From assembly GCA_030390025.1 (NCBI GenBank), contig CM059446.1:12710001-12774000 (forward strand): 64,000 bases of DNA, in the 5' to 3' direction. The translations under genes and the position numbers were made by a program. Shown piece by piece: positions 25,527 through 38,740 of this stretch; the first letter of the stretch is position 1; the number at the start of each line of letters is the position of its first letter. This DNA is from Squalus acanthias (lineage: Eukaryota). The notes beneath the pieces are model-generated. The model did no database searches and was not told the DNA's origin. It saw only the letters and a program-made list of their open reading frames with translations.

Positions 25527-25692
25527 GGGCCAGAATTTTCTTCGGGGGGTGGGTGGGCGGGGGTTCCCACAGGCCCTGCTGACTTTACTAGAGGTGGGAT
25601 CAGGTCAGGAATCTCATTTTTAAAAATTTAACTCTTCCCGCCCCCCCCCCACCGCAACGCTCCAACCCTTTTTTATGGGAAATTTCCAGCCT
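25527..25692. mobile_element. Short degraded MITE
   Basis: Ends gggccagaatttt / aaatttccagcc with G-rich left and C-rich right halves. Confidence 0.4.
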
Positions 25693-26552
25693 AGGTGTCA
25701 AAGGTAAAAACAAGTGTTCCATTTCCCAACACTGACTTCCCTTCTTGAAGACCACGGAAAAAGCATGTTATAACCACTTTTCCTGCATACTACATCTTAA
25801 TTTTCTTGTTACACAGACATTTTAACAACTTAATCATTTCCGTACTTGGCATGTTCTCACTTGCATATGTATACAGAAAAACCACAAGGGAAAACTATGG
25901 GAAAATCTGATTGTGATCTGGAAGCTCCATTTCCTGCTTTTCAGGCATTTAGCCTGTGAGTTTGCCCTCCAGCTGATTGTGATAGTTGAGTTAATGTGAA
26001 AGTAGTCGAGAGCTTTTCCATCATCCTTGGCACAAACAAAACCTTTCAAGAGCCTATCAAAGTTTGGAGACAGACGCCTTTGGAGTGGGAAGAAAAATGA
26101 GATATGTGTTTACGGGAAAATAAGAACATGAATAAGCTGTTACATCATAATTCTGTAGCCCTGTTACTGCACGTCGCTTCATTGTCGCTGACCATATAAT
26201 AGAACTGTCCAGTGTCAAACAATAATATCTACTACATGTTCAATTCAAACAAAAATTAATACAAGGTTTGTAAGTTGTTGAGATTTCCAGAATAATTCCT
26301 CATTTACAGTGTTCTTTTATGAAGTGCAACTGGAAAGGGGTCCATATGCAGATAAATCCAAATGTTGGAAAATAGGTTCTCATTATGTTTTTTATAATCT
26401 TTAGTGGTTAAAGTAGCTTAATTTTGAGGTGTACCCCGTTACTGAGCGCCCAGACAATGCAATCACATCTTTAAAAACAACATTTGTTCTGGCACCAGAC
26501 ATTTATCCATGGTTGAAACTGCTGGTTAAAGGAATGTTTAGTTTGGCTCAGT

Positions 26553-27304
26553 AAGAACATAAGAAATAGGAGCAGGAGTCGGCCATTCGGCCCCTCGAGC
26601 CTACTCCGCCATTCAGTAAGATCATGGCTGATCTTCTATCTCAACTCCACTTTCCTGCACTATCCCCTGATTTCCTTAATATCCAAAAATCTATCGATCT
26701 CTGTCTTGAATATAGTCAACGACTGAGCCTCCACAGCCCTCTGGGGTAGAGAATTCCAAAGACTCACCACCCTCTGAGTGAAGAAATTTCTCCTCATCTC
26801 AGTCCTAAATGGCCGTCCCCTTATTCTGGGACTGTGACCCCTGGTTCTGGACTCCCCAGCCAGGGGAAACATCCTCCCTGCATCTACCCTGTCGAGCCCT
26901 GTAAGAATTTTGTATGTTTCAATGAGATCACCTCTCATTCTTCTAAACTCTGGAGAATATAGGCCGAGCCTACTCAATCTCTCCTCATAGGACAATCCCC
27001 CCATCCCAGGAACCAGTCTGGTGAACCTTCGTTGCACTCTCTCTATGGCAAGTATATCCTTCCTTAGGTAAGGAGACCAAAACTGTACACAATACTCCAG
27101 GTATGGTCTCACCAGGGCCCTATATAATTGCAGTAAGATGTCTTTACACTTATACTCAAATCCTTTTGTAATAAAGGCCAACATACCATTTGCTTTCCTA
27201 ATTGCTTGCTGTACCTGTATGTTAACTTTCAGTGATTCGTGTACAAGGACACCCAGGTCCCTCTGAACACCAACATTTCCCAATCTCTCACCATTTAAAA
27301 AATA
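26553..27304 (-). mobile_element. CR1 LINE 3' fragment
   Basis: QRDLGVLVHESLK...LVRPYLEYCVQFWSPYLRKD...WNSLPQRA. Confidence 0.95.
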
Positions 27305-27599
27305 CAAAGCAAAGTTGACATTTAGATGCTCTTTTCTGATATGTACTGTACGTTGGTTTCTAATGCTTGGAAGTTGGTTACTCCACTGGTTTGAGTATGG
27401 CACCATCTGATGCCTATTTAGAAAACTGCAGGTTTCATTGTAGTTTTGGAGATAATTTCTTGTGTGAATTGACTTTTTCTTCAACCCAGTATGTTTCAAT
27501 ATTAGGGCACTTTTACATTAGTGCAGTACTGTCAGCCGCTGGATCTTTTGGAGTCGGTGGCACTAGCAATTATAAACTTACAGCCTTACAGCAGGAGAA

Positions 27600-27835
27600 T
27601 TCTCCCTGTGTCCTGTCTAATATTTATCCTTCAACCAACATCACTAAAACGGATTATCTAGTCATTATCACATTGCTGTTTGTGGGACCTTGCTTTACGC
27701 AGATTGGCTGCCCCGTTTCCTATATTACAACAGTGACTACACTTCAAAAATACATCATTGGCTGTAAAGCGCTTTGGGACGTCCTGAGGTTGTGAAAGAT
27801 GCTATATAAATGCAAGTCTTTCTTCCTTCTTTCTT
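27600..27835 (+). mobile_element. Deu-domain SINE 3' half
   Basis: High similarity to 11770-12005. Confidence 0.85.
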
Positions 27836-28929
27836 TGTTCAGCTGACTACAGCAGAGACCCACTTTTTTGCCTCCTTATATCACACTGGGACCCACCCTC
27901 CCTCGTTGGTCTATTAAACTTGCTGAGTTGGTCCGTGTCGCACTGGGTCAGCTTAGCAACTGTTAACAGCAACATTTCTTTTTTAATTGATTAAAAAAAT
28001 AAATCTAAGTATCCTTTATACTGTTCTGTGCCTCCTGTAAGCCCATTAGAGGCTGGTTTAGAAAATGGGCAGCAGGTCTACTGTGAATCCAGAGAAGACG
28101 CAGTCTCTGCTTTCCAAGTCCGCTTTCAATGGTCCTACAGGAGAATGGAGGTGCAGGACAACCTATGAGCAGAAGAGAGCAACACACACAGGTCAGTTTG
28201 GTGCCACTGTCCCAAGAGTCGGGTAAAAAGTGCTGCAGATGTTAAAATGCCTTTAGACGGTTTTACATTGAGGTTTTCTTTGAGTGAATTTCATAATTCA
28301 TCTGGTTCCAGACTGCATATAATTAATGACATTACTGTCAGCAAATACTAACCCAAACAGTAAACACACTGATCTACTGATTTAAAAAAAAAACTAAGCT
28401 CACTACATAGTGGCTGAGTTTTTGTTTGGGATTGTTACCTCCGCTATATTTTTGACATCAGCTGCTGAAACATGACACTTCATTCTTTAGTTGTTCTCCT
28501 CAGCAGTGCACACACTTTGAGTGAGGTTGTGATCAATGCTAAGAGCTGAGACTGAGTCAAGAAGCACCCTGTTTCAGTGACTATCATTGGAAATGCTACA
28601 AAGATACCAGAGTTGGCATTTTTCAAGCGGTGTGGAAATATATGCTTTGGAGGACTGATATTTCATTGTAAGGCCATTGTGAAGCCTTATTCCTTGAGTC
28701 TCAACTACAGGAGAACACAGCTGTACTGCTCACATTTTCAAAGGTTTTAAGCAAGAAACAATACTGGGTTGCATAATGTAGATGATACTGGGTCAAAATG
28801 AAACCGGACAAAATGCTGCAACCAGTTAGCAAAAACCCACAGAATATGCATCCACTTAAAAGAACATTAATGTGAAGGAATATTTCTTCTAAGAATAGCT
28901 TCAAATGGAGCTTTTTTTCCTCGCATCCT

Positions 28930-29310
28930 TCCGCTTCTGGTGTGAGTTCCTTACCAGGGTGTGATACCATAAGTCACTTTGTAGACCTTTGCTCAAGTGA
29001 CTGTTGCTGATTTGTGAATCTTGGCAGTGAGTGTCGGCAGGCAATTCAGCTGTGGAATACATCAAAGCTGGCCCTGATCCTGTTCTTATCCAGTTCTTAC
29101 ATAGTGCACAATTCTAGCAGGAGTTGTCAATAGCAATCAGCAGTGGTCGATTTTCCTTTATCCTGGGGCACTGCAGCCAGTTGTAGTATCCCTCCCTCTG
29201 CTTTGGTTGAGATCAGACAACTCAACACCAACCAAGGATCAAACTTGGGATCTGCCTGGTCTGTACAGATCAGAGTTACTGCCTTTTCACTTCAGCCATC
29301 AGTGGAGCCC
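28930..29310 (-). mobile_element. Old tRNA-SINE (MamSINE1-like head, tentative)
   Basis: Minus strand gctccactgatggctgaagtg...gaccaggcagatcccaagtttgatcc...ttgagttgtctgatctcaacc. Confidence 0.4.
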
Positions 29311-29922
29311 AGGAGGAATAATTCTAATTAAACCTCGTAAGGTGCGGACATTGGGTTAGTTTTACACAATATATTAGCCTTTGGTAGCATTGATGTATCT
29401 GGAAATCCAAGTATTGTTTCCCACTGATCTATTTTCAAACCTGTAGACCCATTATTTTTTATTTCTTCGTTACTTGTTGACAGTGCCGTTCATAAAAGGA
29501 GCAGGTAAGTTGGTGGGGGCAGAGGAGGAGTGAGTACTTTTAGTGGAGATTACTCTCCACCTCCCAGAAGAAAATGTTTATAATGGACAGCAGAGCCACA
29601 TAAGACTGGCATGTTTATCCATTGCATACACTCTCTCTATAAACAACAAAGACCTGTCATTAACAACTTTTGTTTTTAAGAAGCATTATCTATGCTTTTT
29701 GTAATATATATAGAAAATAAATGAGAAACAAAAACTTGTTGAAATGCAGTAAATCAGTGGCAGAATAAAAGCCACTAACACATTGCGAACTGTTTAGGGT
29801 ATTTTGGACTGTGATGATATCCACCAGCACTGTTAAAGCTTTTAGAAAAAGAACACAAAAATAGTAGCTCTTAAGATTTGGGCGGGAGTAAATGGATTCA
29901 ATTTTCTTGGGTTGTTTTGCAG

Positions 29923-30194
29923 GTTATGAGGGAAAATGGCTCGTCTGAGATTCTAAATAAACTATACGATACTGCCATGGACAAATTAGAAGGCTTAAAG
30001 AAAGATTATGATGCACTAAGAAAACGGTACAATGAGAAGATTGCCAACCATAACACTGACCTCAGCCGTTTGGAGCGGGTGGAAGAAGAGAATCGGCGTT
30101 TTCAAAAACAGAATGAGATGCTGATGAAACAGACAGATGCTGCTGTTGTGGAGAAAACAGCAGTTCAGCAACAATATTTATCCACATTGAAGAG
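29923..30194 (+). CDS. DLG5: DLG5 coding exon, VMRENGSSEILNKLYDTAMDKLE...LSTLK(R)
   Basis: ttgcag|gtt ... ag|gtgaag; 272 nt, phase 0-2; NGSSEILNKLYDTAMDKLE matches recalled human DLG5. Confidence 0.94.
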
Positions 30195-30644
30195 GTGAAG
30201 AACTAACCTGACACACAACAGTTGTGTTAGAAACTGGTACAGATCCTAAAAAAAAAATTGTGGTGTGAGGAAGGTGGTGTATTAATCTAATATAAATGGC
30301 ACAAAGAAGACTCCTTTGACAATCTCACTTTTTTTGAGACATATTTAATATTGTATTTTTGGAACACTGAACTCTAAGAAGGGAGGGTGGTATCAAAGAT
30401 TACATTGTGTAACTGAAAGGGTGAGCGTTGATGGCTTGATGATCTTTAGTCATTTTTTTCATCTGTTCAGATGTCTCTATCAGCCCGAACAGAATAGTAG
30501 GCCAGTGGAGAAAAACATGTGATTTACACTCTTCGTATATAATTTTATTAAATGATAGCCTTTCAAGCTTCCAGTATATATCTCCCTTCATCTCTTTTTT
30601 TTTTTGGTTAAACTTCTAAATATTTTCTCCAGGGGGATAGAACA

Positions 30645-31460
30645 TGTCCAGGAAACTATAGACCAGTCAGCTTAACATCGGTGGTAGGAAAAATAATGGA
30701 ATCCCTACTTAAGGAGAAAATAGAAGAACATCTAGAAACCAAAAATATAATAATGAATAGTCAGCATGGATTTCAAAAGAGAAAGTCTTGCTTGACCAAC
30801 CTGATTGAATTTTTTGAAGAGGTAACAGAGAGAGTAGACAATGGTAATGCAGTGGATGTAATTTATCTGGATTTTCAAAAGGCCTTCGATAAGGTACCCC
30901 ATAATAGACTGATGAGCAAGGTCAGAGAATGCGGAGTCAGGGGACAAGTAGCAGAATGGATTGCTGGCTGGATTCAGGACAGGAAGCAGAGAGTAGGAGT
31001 AAAGGGTAGCTATTCACAGTGGCAGAAGGTGAGTAGTAGTGTTCCACAAGGATCAGTGTTGGGACCACTGCTGTTCACAATTTACATTAACGATTTAGAC
31101 TTGGGAATCAAAAACACAATTTCTAAATTTGCAGATGACACCAAATTGGGGGGGGGGGGGGTCGTCAATTCTGTAACAAATTACAGGAGGACATTAATAA
31201 ACTTGCAGAATGGGCATATAATTGGCAAATGAAGTTCAACACAGATAAATGGGAGGTATTACATTTTGGTAGGAAGAATAGAGAGGTCACTTATCACTTG
31301 GAAGGTGCAAGTCTAGGTGGGGTAGAGGAACAAAGGGATCTAGGAGTACAGATACACAAGTCACAAAATTGTGACACAGGTTAGCAAGGCCATAAAAAAG
31401 CAAACCAAGCACTCGGGTTTATTTCTAGAGGGATAGAATTGAAAAGTAGGGAAATGGTAA
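30645..31460 (+). mobile_element. CR1 RT-domain fragment
   Basis: [47 protein letters not shown]; frame broken near poly-G 31148-31161. Confidence 0.95.
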
Positions 31461-32119
31461 ATGGTACAGTGTGTTATCAAGGAGTGTTGTGATACATATT
31501 CAATGCTCCACGCAGCTGAGTTCTCAGTCTTGGGTATGTTGTTCCAAAAGTTTGAATTGTTCCCTATAGTGAGGGAGAGAAAATTCCAGAGCAAGTTGGA
31601 AGCTATACAGGTGCCCGATAACCTCCTACGCTGCTATTGGTGTGTGGTCTGGGGAGACCAGATTTTGAGTTTTTTTTTTCCCCAATTTGTACCTGATTCT
31701 GTTCTTCGAAACAGAATGACAAGTATATAGTAAATACCAACTTAAAAACCACTTGTCTGTAATAACTACCTGGCACACCAAATTGGAATTTGAATTCTGT
31801 TTGCGAGAGTGTTCATCCATAAAGGCTATCTTAAGTTATTCCAAAGTTGTCCATTATATACTTTCTTCACTATAAGCATATTATCAGAAAATATTGTGTC
31901 TAGCGTGTAGGTGATGAAAGATTTGAAAGAGGAAATACCTAAATGATAATTCATTATGAAATTTTGTATTTCCACTGAACCTACTAAAAACATTGACATT
32001 GTTTGAAATATGTATTAAGAAAAAGTGGAGGATAAATGTATTTGTTATCGTAAAATGATTTTTGTGATTGTTTTAATTGAAAAAAATGAGCTTTGTCTAC
32101 TTTTGCATTGTTTCTAAAG

Positions 32120-32432
32120 GTATGATTCAATACAGCATGAGTTAAGTAAAGCAACGGTACAGAACAAAGAGCTCCAGAGGGAAATGGAACGGTTACAAAC
32201 TGAGGTGACTCGATACAAGACGTTACAGCTGAAAGCAGTAAAGGATGCAGAGAAGTACAAGGAAGAGAGGGATACGGTGCTGAATGAATACCGCCTGGTC
32301 ATGAGCGAAAGAGACCAGGTGCATAAAGAGATTGACAAGCTGCAGACTGAACTGGAGTTGGCACAGGGTCATCTAAAGAATACCTCGTCAGAAAGAAAAG
32401 TGGCTGGTGAAGAACTTGAAGCTCTTCGACAG
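32120..32432 (+). CDS. DLG5: DLG5 coding exon, YDSIQHELSKATVQNKELQ...EELEALRQ
   Basis: taaag|g ... cag|gtgaga; 313 nt, phase 2-0. Confidence 0.94.
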
Positions 32433-33582
32433 GTGAGATCAAACAGGGTGCTCGTACATGTCCTTTTAATGCTCTTCCAGCACCTCTAAACTGTGGAATT
32501 CCTTACCTCCCTTAATGTTCCATTTTTCTACTATCTACAGACCCTTCACCTAGGTTTCTCTATTTAAAAAAAAAAGTATTGTGATATCTTACTGTTTCAC
32601 TGTTCTCTTTCACACTACAAATATTAAGAGGTTTGAATTTAAGCACAAATACAGTGTTGTCGTTCTTGGTTTAAGTTTAGAAAAGCTGTTGGTATCAAAA
32701 TGATTATGTGGTAGCCAAGAGTAGCCTGTTTCTCTCTTCATCACTTCCCCTGGTGGGCAGCTGTGGTGCAGCCGTTTCTTCCATTTTTTTAAAATACAAA
32801 AACAAACACACATTCAGAAAGAATCCTTCATTTATGAAGGTGGTATTCGCAAGCAAGAAAATGGGGCAAAGCAACTTCTTGGAGCCAACTCTAAAAAGTG
32901 ATGTCCTTGTATCCATAATCCCTGAATAAGCTATTTACAGTTCCTGACATTCGCAGCTTTGCATTCCCAAGGAGATTGACCTTTCAGCCTCTGCACAATT
33001 ATAATTTGGGTGTAGTATAGTCTTTTTAAAATAGATAATATGTTGTAATACAGTACTTGATTCAGTATTGTTGAGAACTGGCTGATGGAACAGTTGAAAC
33101 CAACAATTACTTTATAGTTTAAGAATGGTGTCAAGTGCAAACTCATGAATAGGAAGCAATGTACTCTTTCTTATTGTGAAACTCATTGAGATTGATTGGT
33201 GTGTAATGCACAGCAGACACAATAAAATCATCTGATTAGAGCCATTTAGAATTTGAAATTATTGTAACCACTTAGAATACCCAATTCCCACATTCTCAGA
33301 GGACAAATTTCAGCCTCTTGGTATTGGGGAACTGATTAGGGGAAAGCAAATACATTTTTTCAGGAATGCTACTTTCAGCCGAGAAAGGGCCTTTATTAAA
33401 CTGCTGCTCAATTATGTTATGACTTATTCTGTTGGCAATAATTACTTTGGTTTTGCAAGAAAGGTATTTAGTTGGCGTTTTGAAAAGTATATTCCAATAT
33501 TTTCTGCTTGATTGAATCAAACATTTCTAATGATATTAAATGACTTCCATCCAAAAATAACACAGCTTTGGAGCAAACACAT

Positions 33583-33752
33583 TGGGGTCATTTTGAACTG
33601 TGCCGCCTGGGCAGTAACCTGGTGGAGCAGATCACCTGGCCATTGTAGAAGACGCCCAATTTTAATCCCGTTGAAATTAATGGGATGAAAATTAAGCGGG
33701 TTCTACAACAGCCGGCTATCTGCCCCCAGATAATGAAGTTGAAAATTACTCC
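33583..33752. mobile_element. Palindromic MITE of about 170 bp
   Basis: ggggtcattttgaact / agttgaaaattactcc ends; internal arms tgtagaa / ttctaca; centre atcccgttgaaattaatgggat. Confidence 0.6.
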
Positions 33753-34080
33753 ATTTTATTTGCATGTGGTCCCCCACCACCACCACCCAGCATTTGTTTG
33801 CTTTTGGCATGTATATTTTGGGGATTTTGAAGCTTGCATTCAAGGAGTTTTTGCTTATCTTGTAATCTGGAGGAACGTTTGAGCGCTGGTCTGGGGTCCA
33901 GGATCTACTGTTACTTGGTCTGAGCCGGTAGGAATTTCATGCCGGAACACTGATGAGATAGTAAGCTCAGTTATTTTGCTGCAGTCGTTCAAAGTTCCAT
34001 CCTTTATCCCTGTCATCCATTGATATATGTTATGCCTTGAAGACACAGCGGGATTTGAGTTAATCTCTTTACCATACAAT

Positions 34081-34790
34081 GGGCCGGATCTTGCTGGAGC
34101 AGGGCATCTCGCAGCGCGCGCCGTTAGTTAGACCTTTTCCTGCGCCCTTCAGGTCGAAATGCTTTTGCAACATAACTTGCTGGAAGTGTGAGCTGATAAC
34201 GGCATGGTGAGGGCAACGGGACATCCGGGACCGCAATGAATATCTCCTTAACCAATGAAATTTAAGGATTGAGGAACAAAGGAATGGCAGAGAAGGAGGG
34301 TGAAATAGAGTCAATTTCAGGTACAGAAAGAAATAGAGAGGGAAAGAAAAATTGGATTGAGAGAAAAGAAACAGAAAGGAAAAGTAAGAAAAGATTTGAC
34401 ATATTCGAAATCTCTAACAATAATTGACTAAATGCAAGACTGAGAGTGAACATTTTAAATTGTTCTCTTTCTGGGCCAGAGAGGTTGAACGGTTGCATTA
34501 ACAATTATCACGTTGTTAATAAAGGTTCTTTTGCTGTTAACTTCCAGCCCTAACTTTCTGCGGCAAGTTTAATGAGCAATTAATGAGCAAATCCAGCAAG
34601 TTCTTAGAGGCTCATGGCGCGATGCCATTTGTGCAAAGCAAACAGCGGAGAGGCGTAAATCGACCAGCAAGTTCTGGAGATTCACCGCTCGCGGCGTATC
34701 TCTTAATCCCCTGAACTTGCTGGCCAATTTGCGCATTAATAACGGTGTGCGACGTTAACACGCCGTTATTTTTCCAGCAAGATCCGGCCC
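34081..34790. mobile_element. 710-bp MITE with perfect 17-bp TIRs and 3-bp TSD (PIF/Harbinger-like)
   Basis: aat|gggccggatcttgctgg ... ccagcaagatccggccc|aat. Confidence 0.9.
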
Positions 34791-35901
34791 AATGAGCTGG
34801 AGTTATGGAACAGGTTTCATTCCGTTTTTATCTTATTTCTTTTTGGTGGCAGTAGAGATTGTGGCAAACGAGAATGGAAGGCAACCGTACATGGCAAAAT
34901 CTGGGCTAAATCTGATGATGCGAGCTGCAGTGATGGGCTTTATTTCACTGGAGGTCACAAAGGAATATGTTGTTTGATTTTGTATCTTATTCAGGCCACG
35001 ATGGCTGGACAGGTTTGCAGTGTGTTGCTCTATTCAGTATACTGCCATTAAGTGGCTTGAATAAGTATTACATCAATGTAATGGAATTAACCAATATTCT
35101 TCTGTAGTTGAAATACAGCGCTACAGCTTGATCAGAAAATTGAGTATTAAGAAAATTTTGCTAGAATAGAATTGCATGTTGATCAAAGGATTAAAAAGAG
35201 TGTTTTAAATTAAATACAGCACAGTGATGAAGTCCTCTGAACACCCTGTGCCACACAGCAATAAAAAGTGGGAACATGCTGATAATCTTCCAAGTTTCTG
35301 GTGTTAGCTGTGGTGTTGACAGAAGGAGCCAAGACAAGGATCAGGACTTCCTCACAACGATCGTGGAAAGGCCCAGTCATTGTGCATTTACCAACAGTTT
35401 AACAGAGCCATAAGGCTGGGAGCACATTGTTCACCTGGCCTCTCAAACAGGGTTAGTGCACACAAGAGGAAGACATGAAATAGAAGGAGATAAATGTATT
35501 AGGAAAATGGAAAGAGTAAAAGAAATTCAAATATAAAACCAGGTCATTGGGATCAACAGGAGAGAAACAAAAGAAAGAAAAGTCAGTGTTTCACATAGCC
35601 ACGAGAACAGTTGGACATTTCAATGATTTGTGCCTTTCAATGCTTGCGGGCGTTAGACCACTAACTCTTACAATAATACATTTTTGATCCATGTTTCTCT
35701 ATGAGAAGGGTGAGAAGGTTTAATGTAAAATATTCCATTTATGTAAACTATTGGGTTTAGAACTAAAACGATTGTTGCAGCACATATTTTCTGAAAATAA
35801 AATTGTATTTGGGTTCGAAGTGGGAGCAGCATGTAAGACAGTGTTTTTACCGTGTTGGATGAAAATAGTGATGTGACTTGTGTGTTGCGACTAAATTTCA
35901 G

Positions 35902-36132
35902 GAGCTTCATTCTGCGCTGGTAGAACGAGATCATGCTATCTGTGAAAGGAATGAACTGCTGGAGAAATACTGCCATGAAGTGAAGGACAAAGCAGAAGCT
36001 CAAAAGGAGCTTGATCAGGCTTGTAAGGATATTGAGACTGTGAAAGAAGAGAGAGATGTTGCTAGGAAGGAAAGAACAGAAGCTATCATCCAGAGAGATC
36101 AGTTGCTGCGGGAGTACTACCAGGCCCGACAG
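35902..36132 (+). CDS. DLG5: DLG5 extra coiled-coil exon, ELHSALVERDHAICERNELLEKYCHEVKDK...LLREYYQARQ (77 aa)
   Basis: ttcag|gag ... cag|gtgaat; 231 nt, phase 0-0, open, charged coiled-coil composition like its neighbours. Confidence 0.85.
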
Positions 36133-36954
36133 GTGAATTTTGCCCTTGTATGGAGTTGTTTTATTCGCTACTATCTATTATACATTTCCTTTAATCCTGT
36201 GAGTACCCCATTAAAATTTTGTACGATATATAAAAACTAGATTGTTTCAAATTTTCACGTTTTTAAAGGAAAACATCCAACACTGGCAAATTACTAATAC
36301 TTAATGTATTACTGGTTGCTTAGAATTGGAATGTTCTTTTAAGAAAATGAAAATTCTGATCTAAAACTGGAATATTGGCTACCACCACTGTCCTTTTTTA
36401 CTGCCCCTCAAACTGGCACGAGCAGTAGGTAGCTGCGTGCTGCCAAGTGCTTGGGGAAAGGGGCCAGCTAATGGTACTGCAGGCATGCTGCTCAGTTTAG
36501 TCACTACTGTTGGATGTAAAATCATCAAATAACGTTGTCCTCCCCGGGCTAAATCTGAACTGATGACCGCCTGGAAGTTTGTCCCCAATGAGACTGGAAA
36601 TGACAAAAATGCAAATAACACTGGAAAAAATGCACCAAGCTTTCTCTCTTCTGTAGTTGACTTACTGCCCACACAGTGAGTATTGGGATAATAATTAAGC
36701 ATATTAATAATGCATATGAATGAAAAATTAAATTTTCAAGCAGTGGAAGTACTAACACCAACATCACTAATGCCTAACTGGTGAAAACCAGAGTCCACAA
36801 GCCATAGCAATTCATATGTTCCCAATGTGATTGGACACAATTAATCTCTTGCAATGGTTTAAATTGTTTTTCTAACAACCAGATATGCATGGTAACTAAA
36901 CTGAAGCAACAATCATTATCCACAGTTTACTGGTAAGTAATATTTCAATGTTGG

Positions 36955-37090
36955 AATGTGCGAAAATTGGCTGCCGTGTTTCCTACATTACAACAGAGAC
37001 TACACTTCAAAAATACTTCATTGGCTGTGAAGCATTTTGGGATGTACTGAGGTTGTGAAAGGTGCTATATAAGTGCAAGCCTTTCTTTGT
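36955..37090 (+). mobile_element. Deu-domain SINE tail fragment
   Basis: aaattggctgccgtgtttcctacattacaacag...ggtgctatataagtgcaag. Confidence 0.8.
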
Positions 37091-37879
37091 ATTAAAGAAG
37101 TCAACTACAGTAGGTACCCATGGCAGGCACCTCGGGACCAAAGGGTCTCCAAAGGTCTGAAATAGGCTTAGTTTGGAGGTGTATGCTTTAGAAATTTTAG
37201 GGCAAAAGAGAAACTCAAAGCTTCTAATATTCACTGTACATTATTTCACTGTAAAATACAGTGCACAGGAGGAAAATTTCAAACCTTCCACTAATACTTA
37301 TATGACAAAAATTTACTGTTGAAACTTACAGTACTGGAATTTATGCCAAAAGAAAGCTCTCCACTTCAGTGCTGCCATGCATTGTCACTGCTTGAAGAGC
37401 ATGACATTTGTTGGTGTGGGTTTATGTTGCTGTTGCACATATTGCAATGCCATATTCCTTCACTGTGGAACATCATCTCTTCCTCGGGTCCCCTTCCCTG
37501 GGTCTTTTTGCATCACTCTTGGCTTCATCCTGAACTCCAGCAACGTTATCATCATTCGCTGACGTCCCAGGTCATTTTTGGACAGTAGCTACTTGCTGAC
37601 GTTGCCGCCTTCCGCCTCGTGGATTCCTGACAATTATTTCATTAGGTGGAAAAAGTGACTGCTGCTTTATACTGTGTCCACCTCTGTCTCTGCCAGACAA
37701 GATCTGAAAGCTTCAGATTCCCTCATAATAGTGCCAGCTTGAACGTTGGCTGGTGGCTGTTTCCAAGACTTGCTGAGTGTAACCTGAGGAACTACATCAG
37801 TCGTGTCCTTCATATGATGACATTGAGTTTTATCATCAGACTGGCTTCCTGTACAACCTCTGGTCCTTTTATCTCCTCT

Positions 37880-38740
37880 TACATACATAGATACATAGAA
37901 GATAGGAGCAGGAGTAGGCCATCCGGCCCTTCGAGCCTGCTCCGCCATTTAATGAGATCATGGCTGATCCTCCAATTCAGTATCCCGTCCCCGCCTTCTC
38001 TCCGTAACCCTTAACCCCTTTTGCCTGTAGAAATATATCTAATTCCCTCTTAAATATATTTAATGAGCTGGCGTACACTGCCCTCTGTGGCAATGAGTTC
38101 CACAGGTTCACCACCCTCTGAGTGAAGAAATTCCCCCTCATTTCTGTCCTAAATGGTTTAGCCCTTATCCTTAAATTATGTCCTCTAGTTCTGTTCTCAC
38201 CCGCCAAGGGAAACATTCCTTCTGCATCTAGTCTGTCTAGACCTGTCAGAATTTTATACACTTCTATGAGGTCCCCTCTCAATCTTCTAAACTCCAGTGT
38301 GTACATCCCTAAACTACATAGTCTCTCCTCATAGGTCAATCCCGCCATTCCTGGTATCAGCCTGGTGAATCGCCGCTGCACCCCCTCCATGGCAAGAACA
38401 TCTTTCCTCAGATGAGGCGACCAAAACTGTACACAGTACTCGAGCTGTGGTCTCACCAGTGCCCTGTACAGCTGCAGCAAGGTATCCCTGTTCCTGTATT
38501 CCAACCCTTTTGCTATGAAGGCCAGCATACCGTTTGCCTTCTTGATCGCCTGTTGCACCTGCATGCTCGCCTTCAGTGACTGGTGTACAAGAACACCCAG
38601 GTCTCTCTGTACTTCCCCCTCTCCCAATTTATTGCCATTTAAATAATAATTTGCCCTCCCGTTCCTGCACCCAAGGTGGATAACTTCGCACTTGTCCACA
38701 TTATAGTGCATCTGCCATTTATCCGCCCAATCACCCACTC
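37880..38740 (-). mobile_element. CR1 LINE 3' fragment with intact reading frame
   Basis: WADKWQMHYNVDKCEV...LEYCVQFWSPHLRKD...WNSLPQRA; tatct/tatg tail. Confidence 0.95.
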
